This document shows, piece after piece, positions 40,333 to 50,147 of a stretch of 52,070 nucleotides of DNA; the first letter of the stretch is position 1; the number at the start of each line of letters is the position of its first letter. The position numbers and the translations under genes are program-made. Below the pieces are notes generated by a model that made no database searches, had not been told where the DNA came from, and was given only the letters and a program-made list of their open reading frames with translations. Origin of the DNA: Pseudomonadota bacterium (GTDB lineage Bacteria > Pseudomonadota > Alphaproteobacteria > Sphingomonadales > Sphingomonadaceae); the NCBI GenBank assembly GCA_040390085.1, contig JAZJZB010000074.1:1720-53789 (forward strand). The letters run 5' to 3'.

Positions 40333-40632
40333 TTACCGCCAGCGCCACCACTGGCTGCGCGTCGGCTGTTCCGAAAGCGCGCGATCGATGGCGACGATCG
40401 CGCGCGCCATTTCTCGCTCGATCCGGCGAACGCTGACGCCTGCGATCGTCGCGATCTCGGTGTAGCTGAGATCGTCCAGGCGATGAGCCAGGAACACGTT
40501 CCGAGTGAAAGGCGGCAGCTTGGCAAACGCAGCTTCTAGTTTTTCTCGCGTGCAGGTCGTCAGCGGGTCGATATCGGTCGCGCCGTTTTCAGCCTCGCCG
40601 CCGTCGAGAGGACGCTTTCGTGTGTGGTTCAC
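40333..40632 (-). CDS. Stand-alone sigma-70 region 4 (ECF-like) protein
   Basis: LP..TRNVFL..R.DDLSYTEIA..AGVS. No region 2. Confidence 0.75.
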   Translation of the reverse strand: MNHTRKRPLDGGEAENGATDIDPLTTCTREKLEAAFAKLPPFTRNVFLAHRLDDLSYTEIATIAGVSVRRIEREMARAIVAIDRALSEQPTRSQWWRWR

Positions 40633-41261
40633 AGCGAACTTCGCCGGTCGCGCGGCCGATTATGCCCGGTGACTTCGCGGACGCGTTCGAGCAGCTCGCG
40701 CACAAGCCGGCAGATCTGTTCGTTTGAAAACGGGCACGGACTAAAGGCCGTTGAAACATCCGCGTTGCGCAAACGGCCGTAGGGCGAAAGGACGTCCCCA
40801 AGCCGTTTCAGCTCCGAACGGTCGTGACCCAGCCCGGTCGCATTGGCATGTTCAAGCGACTTGTTGAGATAAAGGCCGATATTCTTCGCGCACCACGCGT
40901 CGTCAAAGCCGACGTCGAGCAAATGCGAGCTGAGCGCCAGCTGCAGAGTGATGCCGGTTTGGTAGAGATGGTCATTGGGTCGAAACGGGAAACCCTGCTC
41001 GACCGGCGCGAAGAAGCTTTCGGCATTATGGTATCGAATACGGCTGAGGTGCCGGCCTTCTCTGGTCCGTCGAAGCGGGACAAGTTCGCTTGGAACATCG
41101 ACAGACATCCCGAAGCGGCCCACCTCGGCCGTCGACAATGCCGCCAAGGGAGCCACAGCTAGGGCACCCAACAGCGCGCGCCGTGATGTGGAGCTGCCGA
41201 CCTCTAGCAGTGGCGCTTCGGCTCCGCGGTCGCGAATCGCTGCAGTATCTGCGGTTCGCAT
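40629..41261 (-). CDS. Hypothetical protein (SRRALL segment; C-terminal half possibly HEPN-like); start may be 41312
   Basis: Open frame coupled by GTGA overlap to the sigma-4 gene. Confidence 0.65.
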   Translation of the reverse strand: MRTADTAAIRDRGAEAPLLEVGSSTSRRALLGALAVAPLAALSTAEVGRFGMSVDVPSELVPLRRTREGRHLSRIRYHNAESFFAPVEQGFPFRPNDHLYQTGITLQLALSSHLLDVGFDDAWCAKNIGLYLNKSLEHANATGLGHDRSELKRLGDVLSPYGRLRNADVSTAFSPCPFSNEQICRLVRELLERVREVTGHNRPRDRRSSL

Positions 41262-41302
41262 TATTGCTGGCTGAGCTGAACAAGAGTGGCGCTTCGCGAT
41301 CA

Positions 41303-41365
41303 TATACGACACCGTTTAGCCTATATACGATGTCGTAAACTCTATAAACGATAGCGTCAACTATG
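41303..41365. repeat. Three 21-bp phased imperfect repeats, each with an ACG-N4-CGT palindrome
   Basis: TATACGACACCGTTTA (41303), TATACGATGTCGTAAA (41324), TAAACGATAGCGTCAA (41345). Confidence 0.8.
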
Positions 41366-41407
41366 AAGGCGTTGGACAACAGTACCGAGCCGGATACGCA
41401 AGCGGCG

Positions 41408-41566
41408 ATGGGACGCCCGCCTCTTGGAATGAAGCCGACTACAGTCAGGCTGCCGGTCGAAACGATCCGGAAAATCGAGGCTTTGGTAGGCAACCGTCGC
41501 GTTGCGAGCTTCATCCGCGAGGCCGTTGAGAACGAGCTTCGGCGACGCGAAAAACCGGATCAATAG
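41408..41566 (+). CDS. Ribbon-helix-helix DNA-binding protein (alternative start 41363)
   Basis: MGRPPLG..TTVRLP.E....IE.......ASFIREAVE.EL. Confidence 0.8.
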   Translation: MGRPPLGMKPTTVRLPVETIRKIEALVGNRRVASFIREAVENELRRREKPDQ

Positions 41567-41705
41567 CTCTCTCGTCGTACCTCTCTGAGGCACTCCGGCA
41601 TCGTCCGCGGAATCTCGCGCCGCAGTATCTTGAGCTCGTCCGAAAGCATCCCGACCCTGCGCATTAAAGCGCGAAGAATCGCGTTGTGTGTAGGAATCCG
41701 TTGTG

Positions 41706-41909
41706 ATGAGCGACAGCAACGATCGGATTTTGCGGATCAAAGCGGTGTTGGATCGGACCGGCCTGAGCCGGTCCACGCTTTATCGAAAGATTCAGAACGG
41801 CACCTTCCCGAAGCAGGTGCATATCAGTACCCGCTGCGCGGGCTGGCGCGAGTCCGCCGTCAACGCCTGGATGCGCAACCCAATGTTCTTCAGCGTCGAT
41901 GACATTTGA
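41706..41909 (+). CDS. AlpA family regulator / excisionase
   Basis: RILRIKAVLDRTGLSRSTLYRKIQNGTFPK...GWRES.V.AW. Confidence 0.92.
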   Translation: MSDSNDRILRIKAVLDRTGLSRSTLYRKIQNGTFPKQVHISTRCAGWRESAVNAWMRNPMFFSVDDI

Positions 41910-42262
41910 TCGGCAGAGAACACGCCGTCTGCCGCTACCCGAAATCCCCATGCATTTGATCCATCTCCGCTTGGACCGTGAACTGACGGTATCGGCGCGT
42001 TCAATTGAGTTGCGTTGGCAGCAGGTCGCCGCCCCTTAGCGCTATCATGGACCTCACGTGCTACAGTCCGGACGGGGGAAGCGGACTCATGGCCCGACCT
42101 GATCGCTGCGACCGTGCTTGCCAGCCTCGGACTCTGGGCTCGGCGGCCAGATCATCCTCCGCGCCGTGCGCGAGCTGAAGTCGAATATGGCTCATGCCGA
42201 TGCCGGCCCGGAATCCGAACATGCGTTTCGTTATTAGCCGGGCGCTGCTATCGGCCGGTGCG

Positions 42263-42592
42263 ATGCGATTCGTCTTCGCTCTCCTCGCTGCATGCGTCCT
42301 GCTGCTTTCCGTCATCAACGGAGCGGCAGCGAATGCTGCCGCGTTTTCCGAGCCGTCACCGAGCGAAATGCTCCTGCATTATGAAGCGGACGGCGACGAA
42401 GTGCCGGATTGTCCCTTTGCCGGCGGCGCGCACCATCACCACTCGGCCTTCGGCGAGCACCAGATCGCCGTGCCCGACCCTGCACCGGTGATGGCCGCGG
42501 TCTCGACGGGCCGCTTGGTCGTCACGATCTCGCGCGACTTCCTGCCGCCGGGACTGAACCCGGCTTCGGAGCCACACCCGCCAAAAGCCTGA
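42263..42592 (+). CDS. CzcI/DUF2946-like exported His-rich leader protein
   Basis: Signal peptide, then C..HHHH..H, then a C-terminal PHPPKA, directly upstream of the metal RND operon. Confidence 0.7.
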   Translation: MRFVFALLAACVLLLSVINGAAANAAAFSEPSPSEMLLHYEADGDEVPDCPFAGGAHHHHSAFGEHQIAVPDPAPVMAAVSTGRLVVTISRDFLPPGLNPASEPHPPKA

Positions 42593-42647
42593 CGCGGCCG
42601 TCTCCTCGCTCCGGCGAGGACAAGTCTGCTGTCAGGAGATCATCAAC

Positions 42648-43973
42648 ATGAAATGCGTGGTTGCTGCGGCATTGCCCGCGGCAATGCTCACCGCCATAGC
42701 GCCGGCAGTCAAAGCGCAGCCGTCGACGCCCGCCACGCCCGTCGTCGGCTCGCCCGTGCTGCCCGAACGCGCCGGGCCGACGGCGCCTACCGCGGGGATG
42801 CTTCGAGGAACGCCACGCACCGGCCCGCTCCCGAGCCGCCTGTCACTCGTCCAGGCGCTGGACGAAGCTTTTGCCCGTTCGCCCGCGGTCATCGCCGCCG
42901 AAGCGGAGGTCAGGGCCGCCGAGGCGCGCGCGCGGCAGGCCGGCTACCGCCAAAACCCGGAGCTCAGCGTCCAGGTGGAGAACTTTGCCGGAACGGGGCA
43001 GCTGCGCGGCGTGCGCTCCGTGCAGACTACGGTGGCGATCAACCAGCGCCTCGACCTTGGCGGCCGCCGCTCGGCGCGTGTCGCCGCGGCGATCGCGGAG
43101 ATCGATCTTCAGCGGCTTCGGCTGGCCGTGGCGCATGCCGATGTGGCGCAGAGCGTGCGCCAGGCGTTTGCGCGGGCGATCGCTGCCCGTGAACGACGGG
43201 CGCAGGCCGACGAGAACGTTGCGCTGACGAAGGAGCTCGCCCGCGTCGCCGGCGTGCTTGTCGATGCGGGCCGGGAGCCGCCGCTCCGCGCGATCCGCGC
43301 GCGCTCGGCTCTGGCCCAGGCGCAGGCCCAGCAGGAAGCCGCGCGCGCAGAAGAGCTGGCGACGCGGACGACGCTCGCCTCTCTCCTCGGCTCCAACTCG
43401 CCCATAGAAGCGGTGGTCGGCAGTGCCGTCGACCTCAAGCCCTCGAACATCAATCTAGACCGCAGCCTCGTCGTGCGCGTCGCCGCCGCCGAAGTCGCAG
43501 CAGCGCGGGCCGCTTTGCAGGAGCAGCTTGCCGCAGCCCGTCTCGATCCGGCGGTCGGCGTCGGCGTCCGGAACATCCGCGAAACGGGCGATGTCGGACT
43601 CGTCGCCGGCCTGTCGATGCCTTTGCCGGTGTTCAACCGCAACCGCGGCAACATCGAATCGGCGCGTGCGGTGATCGCGGCGGCGGAGGCAAGACAGCGC
43701 GCGGCGCTCGTCGGAGTGACGAGCCAGGGGCGCAATGCGATCGCCGCCGTGGAAGCCGCGCGGCGGCGCGTCGCCGCTCTGCGCGAGGCAGCGCTGCCGG
43801 AAGCGCGCGAGGGGCTGCGGCTCACGCAAATGTCGTACGCGGAAGGGCGGGCGACGCTGGTCGAGCTGCTCGACGCCCAGAACGCCTATCTCGCCACTCA
43901 GGCTTCGCTCACCGAAGCCGAACTCGCGCTCGCCGTTGCGACGGCCGAGCTCGGCCGCATTGCCGCTCAATAG
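42648..43973 (+). CDS. Heavy-metal efflux outer membrane protein (CzcC/CnrC-like)
   Basis: QNPELSVQVEN, LDLGGRR.AR, LSMPLPVFNRNRGNI, ELLDAQ. Confidence 0.9.
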   Translation: MKCVVAAALPAAMLTAIAPAVKAQPSTPATPVVGSPVLPERAGPTAPTAGMLRGTPRTGPLPSRLSLVQALDEAFARSPAVIAAEAEVRAAEARARQAGYRQNPELSVQVENFAGTGQLRGVRSVQTTVAINQRLDLGGRRSARVAAAIAEIDLQRLRLAVAHADVAQSVRQAFARAIAARERRAQADENVALTKELARVAGVLVDAGREPPLRAIRARSALAQAQAQQEAARAEELATRTTLASLLGSNSPIEAVVGSAVDLKPSNINLDRSLVVRVAAAEVAAARAALQEQLAAARLDPAVGVGVRNIRETGDVGLVAGLSMPLPVFNRNRGNIESARAVIAAAEARQRAALVGVTSQGRNAIAAVEAARRRVAALREAALPEAREGLRLTQMSYAEGRATLVELLDAQNAYLATQASLTEAELALAVATAELGRIAAQ

Positions 43974-43982
43974 GACAAAAGA

Positions 43983-45188
43983 ATGACCCTCAAGGACAGA
44001 ACATTACAGATCGTGCGGCTCAACGACAGCCGGTCGCGGCTGCTCGCCGGCGCAGCGGCGTTGGCACTGGCAGCTGGCGCAGCCGGGCTGATCATTGGCC
44101 GAAGCACTGCACCGGAACCCGCGGCTCCGGCACCGCAGGAACCTGCCGACAAGCCGGCTGAAGCCAAGGGGTCGGAGGGCTTCGTGCCGATGACCGCCGA
44201 TCGCATCGCTGCCAACGGCATCGCGGTCGAGCAGGTGCAAGCAGGGTCGCTGGCGAGCGAGATCCTTGCCCAGGCGACCGTCACGGCCCCTCCCGAGGGC
44301 CGGGCGCTGGTCACCGCTCGCGCCGACGGCGCGATCGTGCGCATCTTCAAGCGGCTCGGCGATCCAGTGCGGCCGGGCGAGACGCTGGCCATGCTCGAAA
44401 GCCGGGATGCGGCGCAGTTCGTCGCCGATCGCAACGCAGCCGCGGCGAAGGAGCAATCGGCGCATGCCTTGTGGCAGAGGGAACAGCGACTGTTTCGCGA
44501 AAAGATCACGTCGCGCGAATCGCTCGAGGCCACTCGCGCGACGCATGAGGGCACGGAGGTCGAGCTGCGGCGGGCCCAAGCGGCGATGCGCGCCGCCGGT
44601 GTCGTGGGCGACCGATACCTCTCCGTCCGCAGTCCGATCGCCGGGCGCATCACTGAAATCGACACGCAGCTCGGCGCCTTCGTCTCTTCCGGCGCGGAGT
44701 TGTTCAATGTCGCCAACCCGAACCGCATCCAGATCGAAGCGGCGGTGCCGGCGACGGACGCGCAGCGCGTGATGCCCGGCGATCCAGCCGTCGTCGAGCT
44801 CCCGACCGGCGGAATCGTGGAGGCGGTCGTCCGCTCGGCCACGCCGTCGGTAAACGTTCAGAGCCGTGCCGCCACTGTCGTGTTGCAGCTGAACGGCGCC
44901 CCCGGCGGACTGCGGCAGGGGCAGGCCCTGCGCGTCCGCATTACGCCGCGAGGAGGCAGCGACCGCGGCATTGTGGTGCCCGAAGAGGCAGTCCAGCAGG
45001 TGGAAGGCCGCGACGTCGTCTTCGTCCAGGTGAAGGACGGCTTCCGCGCGACGCCGGTCACGCTCGGCCGCCGCGGCGCCGGACGGATCGAGATCGTCGT
45101 CGGACTGGCGCCAGGCCAGACCATCGCCGCCAGGAACGCCTTCGTATTGAAAGCCGAGCTCGGCAAGGGCGCCGGGGAAGAGGAATAA
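43983..45188 (+). CDS. Heavy-metal efflux MFP (CzcB-like)
   Basis: VRSPIAGRI, VPEEAVQQVEGRDVVFV, NAFVLKAELGK. Confidence 0.9.
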   Translation: MTLKDRTLQIVRLNDSRSRLLAGAAALALAAGAAGLIIGRSTAPEPAAPAPQEPADKPAEAKGSEGFVPMTADRIAANGIAVEQVQAGSLASEILAQATVTAPPEGRALVTARADGAIVRIFKRLGDPVRPGETLAMLESRDAAQFVADRNAAAAKEQSAHALWQREQRLFREKITSRESLEATRATHEGTEVELRRAQAAMRAAGVVGDRYLSVRSPIAGRITEIDTQLGAFVSSGAELFNVANPNRIQIEAAVPATDAQRVMPGDPAVVELPTGGIVEAVVRSATPSVNVQSRAATVVLQLNGAPGGLRQGQALRVRITPRGGSDRGIVVPEEAVQQVEGRDVVFVQVKDGFRATPVTLGRRGAGRIEIVVGLAPGQTIAARNAFVLKAELGKGAGEEE

Positions 45189-45191
45189 GCG

Positions 45192-48100
45192 ATGATTGCC
45201 AGTCTGATCGCGCTTGCCGTCCGCGCACGGTGGGCGGTTCTCTTCATCTTTCTTCTGATTGCCGGGATTGGCATGTGGCAGCTGACGCGGCTGCCGATCG
45301 ACGCGGTGCCGGACATCACCAACAAGCAGGTCCAGATCAACATCGTCGACCCGCGGCTTTCGCCGGTCGAGATGGAGAAGCTCGTGACCTATCCGATCGA
45401 GACCGCGCTCGCCGGCATCCCGGGGCTGGAAACGACGCGCTCGCTGTCGCGCAACGGCTTCAGCCAGGTCAGCGCCATCTTCTCCGATTCGACCGATCTG
45501 TACTTCGCGCGGCAGCAGGTCGCCGAACGGCTCACGCAGGCGCGGGACACCCTGCCCGAAGGGGTTCAGCCGCAGATCGGCCCGGTGACGACGGGTCTCG
45601 GCGAGATCCTGATGTACACCGTCAATTACAAGCGGCCGGGCAAGGACGCGCCGATGATCGACGGCCGGCCCGGATGGCAGACCGACGGCAGCTACCTCAC
45701 GCCCGAGGGCGAGCGGTTGGCCGACGAGGTCTCCAGGGACGGCTATCTGCGAACGGTCCAGGACTGGATCATCCGGCCGCAGCTGCGCACGGTAAAGGGT
45801 GTCGCCGGCGTGGATTCGATCGGCGGCTATGCCAAGACCTATGTGGTCGAGCCCGACCCTGCAAAGCTCGCGAGCTACGGCATCTCCTATTCCGAACTCG
45901 CCCAGGCGCTGGAGGCCGCCAACCTCGCGGTCGGCGCGAATTATTTCAATCGCTCGGGCGAGGCCTATCTCGTGCGTGCCGACGCCCGCATTCGGTCAGT
46001 CGAGCAGATCCAGAATGCCGTCGCAGCGACCCGCAATGGCGTGCCGGTCACCGTCGGCCAGGTAGCGGCCGTGACCGTGGGCGGCGATTTGCGCACCGGC
46101 ACCGCGAGCATGAACGGCCGTGAAGCAGTGGTCGGCACGGTGCTCATGCTGATCGGCGAGAACAGCCGGACGGTCGCGCGCGACGCCGGCGCCAGGCTTC
46201 AGCAGGTCGCCAAGACACTGCCCCCGGCGATTGAAGTGCAGGTCGTTCTCGACCGCGCCAAGCTCGTCAACGCAACCGTCGCGACGGTGCAGCGCAATCT
46301 CGCCGAAGGCGCAATCCTGGTCGCCGCATCGCTGTTCCTGCTGCTCGGCAACTGGCGTGCGGCGATCATCGCGACGCTCGTCATTCCCTTCTCGTTCCTG
46401 ATGATGGCGATGGGCATGAACGCCTTCGGCGTGCCGGGTAATCTGATGAGCCTTGGTGCGCTCGACTTCGGCCTCATCGTCGACGGCGCGGTGATCATCA
46501 TCGAGAACTGCCTCGCCCGCCTCGCGCACCGGCAGGAGCACGAGGGAAGGATGCTGTCCCTGCGCGAGCGGCTCGAGGAAACGATGGGCGCGGCGCAGGA
46601 GATGATCAGGCCGACGGTGTTCGGCCAGGCGATCATCCTCCTCGCCTTCGTGCCCCTGCTGATGTTCACCGGCACGGAGGGCAAGACCTTCTCGCCGATG
46701 GCGATCACCATCATGCTCGCCCTGGTTGCGGCGTTCATCCTGTCGCTGACGCTCGTGCCGGCTCTGGTCGCGCTGCTCATCCGCGGCCGTGTGGCGGAGA
46801 AGGAGGTGTGGCTCATCCGCAAGACGAAGGAACGCTACCTGCCGCTGCTCGACAAGGCGATCGCGAGGCCGTGGCCGTTCATCCTCGGTGGGCTCGCCTT
46901 CTTCCTCGCCTCGCTTCCGGTGTTCGGCTTGCTCGGCAGCGAGTTCATCCCCCAGCTGGACGAGAAGAACATCGCTTTGGCCTCGACCCGCGTGCCGTCG
47001 GTGAACATCGATCAATCGCTCGCCATGCAGCAGCAGGTCGAGCGAGCGGTCACCAGGCTGCCCGAAGTCGCGCTGATGTTTTCGAAGACCGGCACCGCAG
47101 AGGTCGCCACCGACCCCATGCCCATCAACATCTCCGACGGCTTCGTGATCCTCAAGCCGCAGGAGGATTGGCCCAAGGGCGTCGAGAGCAAGGCCGACGT
47201 GATCGAACGAATAGAGAAGGTCGCTGAAGCACAGGTCGGCCAGCTTTACGAGCTGAGCCAGCCGATCCAGCTGCGCTTCAACGAGCTCATCGCCGGCGTC
47301 CGCGGCGATGTCGCGATCAAGCTCTATGGCGACGACCTCGACAAGATGTCGGCGGTAGCGAACGAGATGGTGCGCGTGCTGCAGAAAATCCCCGGCGCCT
47401 CCAGCGTCAAGGCGGACCAGGTCGGCGGCGCGCCCGTGCTCGACGTCCAGTTCGACCGTGCGGCGATCGCCCGCTATGGCCTGACCGTGCAGGAGGTTGC
47501 CGACACCGTCGCCGCGGGCATGGGCGGGCGTCCGTCGGGGTTGCTGTTCGAGGGCGACCGGCGATTTTCGATTGCCGTGCGGGTTCCCGAGTCGACCCGC
47601 GCCAGCCTCGAACAGGTCGCGAGCCTGCCGGTGATGTTGCCGCAGGAAGGTTCGGGTCCGCGAACGTCGGTGCCGCTGTCGCAGGTTGCGCAGTTCCGCT
47701 TCACCGAGGGCCTGAACGAGATCCGGCTCGAGAACGGCAAGCGCCGCGTCGTCGTCCAGATGAACCTGCAAGGCCGCGATGCCGGCTCGTTCGTCGCCGA
47801 GGCGCAGGAGAAGATAGGGAAGGTGAAGTTGCCGCCCGGCTATTACCTGGAGTGGGGCGGCCAGTTCCAAAGCCTCCAGGCGGCGACTCGGCGGCTGTCG
47901 ATCGTCGTTCCGCTCGCCTTCGCGGCGATCTTCTGGCTGCTGTTCCAGGCTTTGGGCGGCTTCGGTAGAGCGGCGTCGGTCTTCCTTGCTTTGCCCTTGG
48001 GACTGGCCGGCGGGATATTCACCCTGCTGATGACCGGGATCGCCTTCTCGGTATCCGCTGCCGTCGGGTTGATCGTGCTGGCGGGCGTGGCGGTGCTCAA

Positions 48101-48443
48101 CGGACTGGTGGTGATGTCCGCCATCGGCGAACGCCTCAACCACGGAATGCCGCTCGCCGAGGCGATCCGCGAGGGCATGGCAGAGAAGATGCGGGCGGTG
48201 GTGATGACCGGCTTCGTCCCCGCCATCGGCTTCATCCCGATGGCGCTTGCGCACGGGACGGGCGCCGAAGTCCAGAAGCCGCTCGCCATGACTGTGATCG
48301 GCGGTCTCGTCGCGGCGACGATCCTCGCGCTGCTGGTGCTTCCGGCCATCGCCAGGGTGGTGCTCGGGGCGAACTGGCGCTGGGGCCGCAAGCTCCACCG
48401 TACCGCTGACCCTTCAGCCACAAATGATGAGGAAACGCCGTGA
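45192..48443 (+). CDS. HME RND permease (CzcA/NccA family, divalent cations)
   Basis: IDAVPDITNKQV, MSLGALDFGLIVDGAVIIIEN, GTGAEVQKPLA. Confidence 0.95.
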   Translation: MIASLIALAVRARWAVLFIFLLIAGIGMWQLTRLPIDAVPDITNKQVQINIVDPRLSPVEMEKLVTYPIETALAGIPGLETTRSLSRNGFSQVSAIFSDSTDLYFARQQVAERLTQARDTLPEGVQPQIGPVTTGLGEILMYTVNYKRPGKDAPMIDGRPGWQTDGSYLTPEGERLADEVSRDGYLRTVQDWIIRPQLRTVKGVAGVDSIGGYAKTYVVEPDPAKLASYGISYSELAQALEAANLAVGANYFNRSGEAYLVRADARIRSVEQIQNAVAATRNGVPVTVGQVAAVTVGGDLRTGTASMNGREAVVGTVLMLIGENSRTVARDAGARLQQVAKTLPPAIEVQVVLDRAKLVNATVATVQRNLAEGAILVAASLFLLLGNWRAAIIATLVIPFSFLMMAMGMNAFGVPGNLMSLGALDFGLIVDGAVIIIENCLARLAHRQEHEGRMLSLRERLEETMGAAQEMIRPTVFGQAIILLAFVPLLMFTGTEGKTFSPMAITIMLALVAAFILSLTLVPALVALLIRGRVAEKEVWLIRKTKERYLPLLDKAIARPWPFILGGLAFFLASLPVFGLLGSEFIPQLDEKNIALASTRVPSVNIDQSLAMQQQVERAVTRLPEVALMFSKTGTAEVATDPMPINISDGFVILKPQEDWPKGVESKADVIERIEKVAEAQVGQLYELSQPIQLRFNELIAGVRGDVAIKLYGDDLDKMSAVANEMVRVLQKIPGASSVKADQVGGAPVLDVQFDRAAIARYGLTVQEVADTVAAGMGGRPSGLLFEGDRRFSIAVRVPESTRASLEQVASLPVMLPQEGSGPRTSVPLSQVAQFRFTEGLNEIRLENGKRRVVVQMNLQGRDAGSFVAEAQEKIGKVKLPPGYYLEWGGQFQSLQAATRRLSIVVPLAFAAIFWLLFQALGGFGRAASVFLALPLGLAGGIFTLLMTGIAFSVSAAVGLIVLAGVAVLNGLVVMSAIGERLNHGMPLAEAIREGMAEKMRAVVMTGFVPAIGFIPMALAHGTGAEVQKPLAMTVIGGLVAATILALLVLPAIARVVLGANWRWGRKLHRTADPSATNDEETP

Positions 48444-48784
48444 CGAAATTCAAGCTCCTGCGCATCTATACCGACGCAGCCTCCTATTCCGGCGACCGCA
48501 AATCGCTTGAGGTCATCGCCGCCCTGGCGCGTGAACGCGGCGTTGCCGGAATCACAATCATCGAGGCGCTGCTCGGCTTCGGGAAGTCGGCGCATCTGCA
48601 TCGGCACCACGTCTTTGAAAGCGACCGAGCGGTGGTCATCGAAATCGTCGACGAGGAGGAGCGATTGCGCGCATTCGCGCAAGCGCTGCGGGAGGTGACG
48701 GGGATCGGCCTCGCAACGCTCGAGGAGGTCGAGATATTGTTCCAGGCGACGACGCCCGACCCGCATCGGCCCGACAAGCCCTAG
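48440..48784 (+). CDS. DUF190 (PII-like) protein
   Basis: LLRIY, ARERGVAG.T....LGFG, VVIEIVDEEERL. GTGA coupling to czcA. Confidence 0.85.
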   Translation: MTKFKLLRIYTDAASYSGDRKSLEVIAALARERGVAGITIIEALLGFGKSAHLHRHHVFESDRAVVIEIVDEEERLRAFAQALREVTGIGLATLEEVEILFQATTPDPHRPDKP

Positions 48785-48809
48785 CGGTCGCTACCACTGG
48801 AGAGACAGG

Positions 48810-50090
48810 ATGGAAGTTCGCAAGCTGTGGCTGTGGATCGGGATCGCGGTGCTCGTGATCCTGCCGGCGCTCTACATGCGCTACACCGGAGCCCGTCCGG
48901 ACCCGCTGCTCGGCTCGGCGATCTTCGGCTTCGCCATTCTCGCCGCGGGCTTCATGCTGTCGTGGGGCGCGGAGGCGGCGGAAGGGCAGATCGCCTCGGG
49001 GCTGATCCTCGCCCTCGTCGCTCTGGTCACGGTCCTGCCCGAATATGCGGTCGATATCTATTATGCCTGGCGCGCCGGCCAGGACCCGCAGTCGAACTAC
49101 GTCCATTATGCGGCCGCCAACATGACCGGCGCCAACCGCCTGCTGGTCGGCCTGGCCTGGCCATTGCTGGTTTTGCTGAACTGGTGGCGGAACCGCGAGC
49201 GCGGCATCGCGCTGGCTCCGGTCAATAGCGTTGAGATCGCCTTTCTCGCGCTGCCATCGCTCTACGCCTTCGTCATTCTGCTGCGGAACCGGATCGGCCC
49301 GGCCGACGCGATCGTGCTGATCGGCATCTTCGCCGCTTACGTGTGGCGCGTCAGCACTCTTCCGAAGGTCAAAGGCGAGGGCGAGGAAGAGGCCGGCGGG
49401 CCCGGCCTTGCGACAGCCATCGAAAGCCTGCCGTTGCGCTTCCAATGGGCGCTGATGGCCGGACTGACGATCGTCGCCGCGGTGGTGATCTTCCTTTCCG
49501 CCGAGCCGTTCGCCGAAGCGATGGTCGAATCGGGCCGCGCGCTCGGGATCAACGAGTTCCTGCTGATCCAGTGGCTCGCCCCGCTCGCCAGCGAGGCTCC
49601 GGCGGTCACTATCGCGATCCTGTTCGTGCTCTCCGCCCGGGCCGCGGCGGGCATGACCACGATGATCTCCGACAAGATCAACCAGTGGACTCTGCTGGTT
49701 GGGATGCTGCCGCTGGCGATGAGCGTCGGCGCCGGCGCGATCACTTCGCTTCCGCTCGACGCTCGGCAGCATGAGGAATTCTTCCTCACCGCCGCCCAGT
49801 CGCTGTTCGGGCTTGCGCTGCTCCTTCGGCTGCGCCTGGGCCTTGCCGCAGCGGCGGCGCTCGCGTTTCTGTTTGTGGCGCAGGTCACCCTGGCCTTCAC
49901 CTATCGCGAGGACGAAGCGCGAACCATCACCACGCTGACGCTGCTGGGGTGGGCCTATATCGGGCTCGCGGCGATCATCGTCATTTTCAATCTGCAACGC
50001 CTCCGGCTCATCTGGAATGGATTGGTAGGCAGATCCCGCTCGCAGGAACCTTTGTGGCAAGCCGGCACGTCCGCCGGCCCGTCAGAATGA
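48810..50090 (+). CDS. Ca2+/cation antiporter (CaCA family)
   Basis: Alpha-repeats VLPEYAVD / ANMTGAN and PLASEAP / SDKINQWTLL. Confidence 0.85.
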   Translation: MEVRKLWLWIGIAVLVILPALYMRYTGARPDPLLGSAIFGFAILAAGFMLSWGAEAAEGQIASGLILALVALVTVLPEYAVDIYYAWRAGQDPQSNYVHYAAANMTGANRLLVGLAWPLLVLLNWWRNRERGIALAPVNSVEIAFLALPSLYAFVILLRNRIGPADAIVLIGIFAAYVWRVSTLPKVKGEGEEEAGGPGLATAIESLPLRFQWALMAGLTIVAAVVIFLSAEPFAEAMVESGRALGINEFLLIQWLAPLASEAPAVTIAILFVLSARAAAGMTTMISDKINQWTLLVGMLPLAMSVGAGAITSLPLDARQHEEFFLTAAQSLFGLALLLRLRLGLAAAAALAFLFVAQVTLAFTYREDEARTITTLTLLGWAYIGLAAIIVIFNLQRLRLIWNGLVGRSRSQEPLWQAGTSAGPSE

Positions 50091-50147
50091 GCCGGTGGGG
50101 CGAGCGGATGCCGGCGAAGCGACACAGGACCGAGAGGGAATTTCGCG

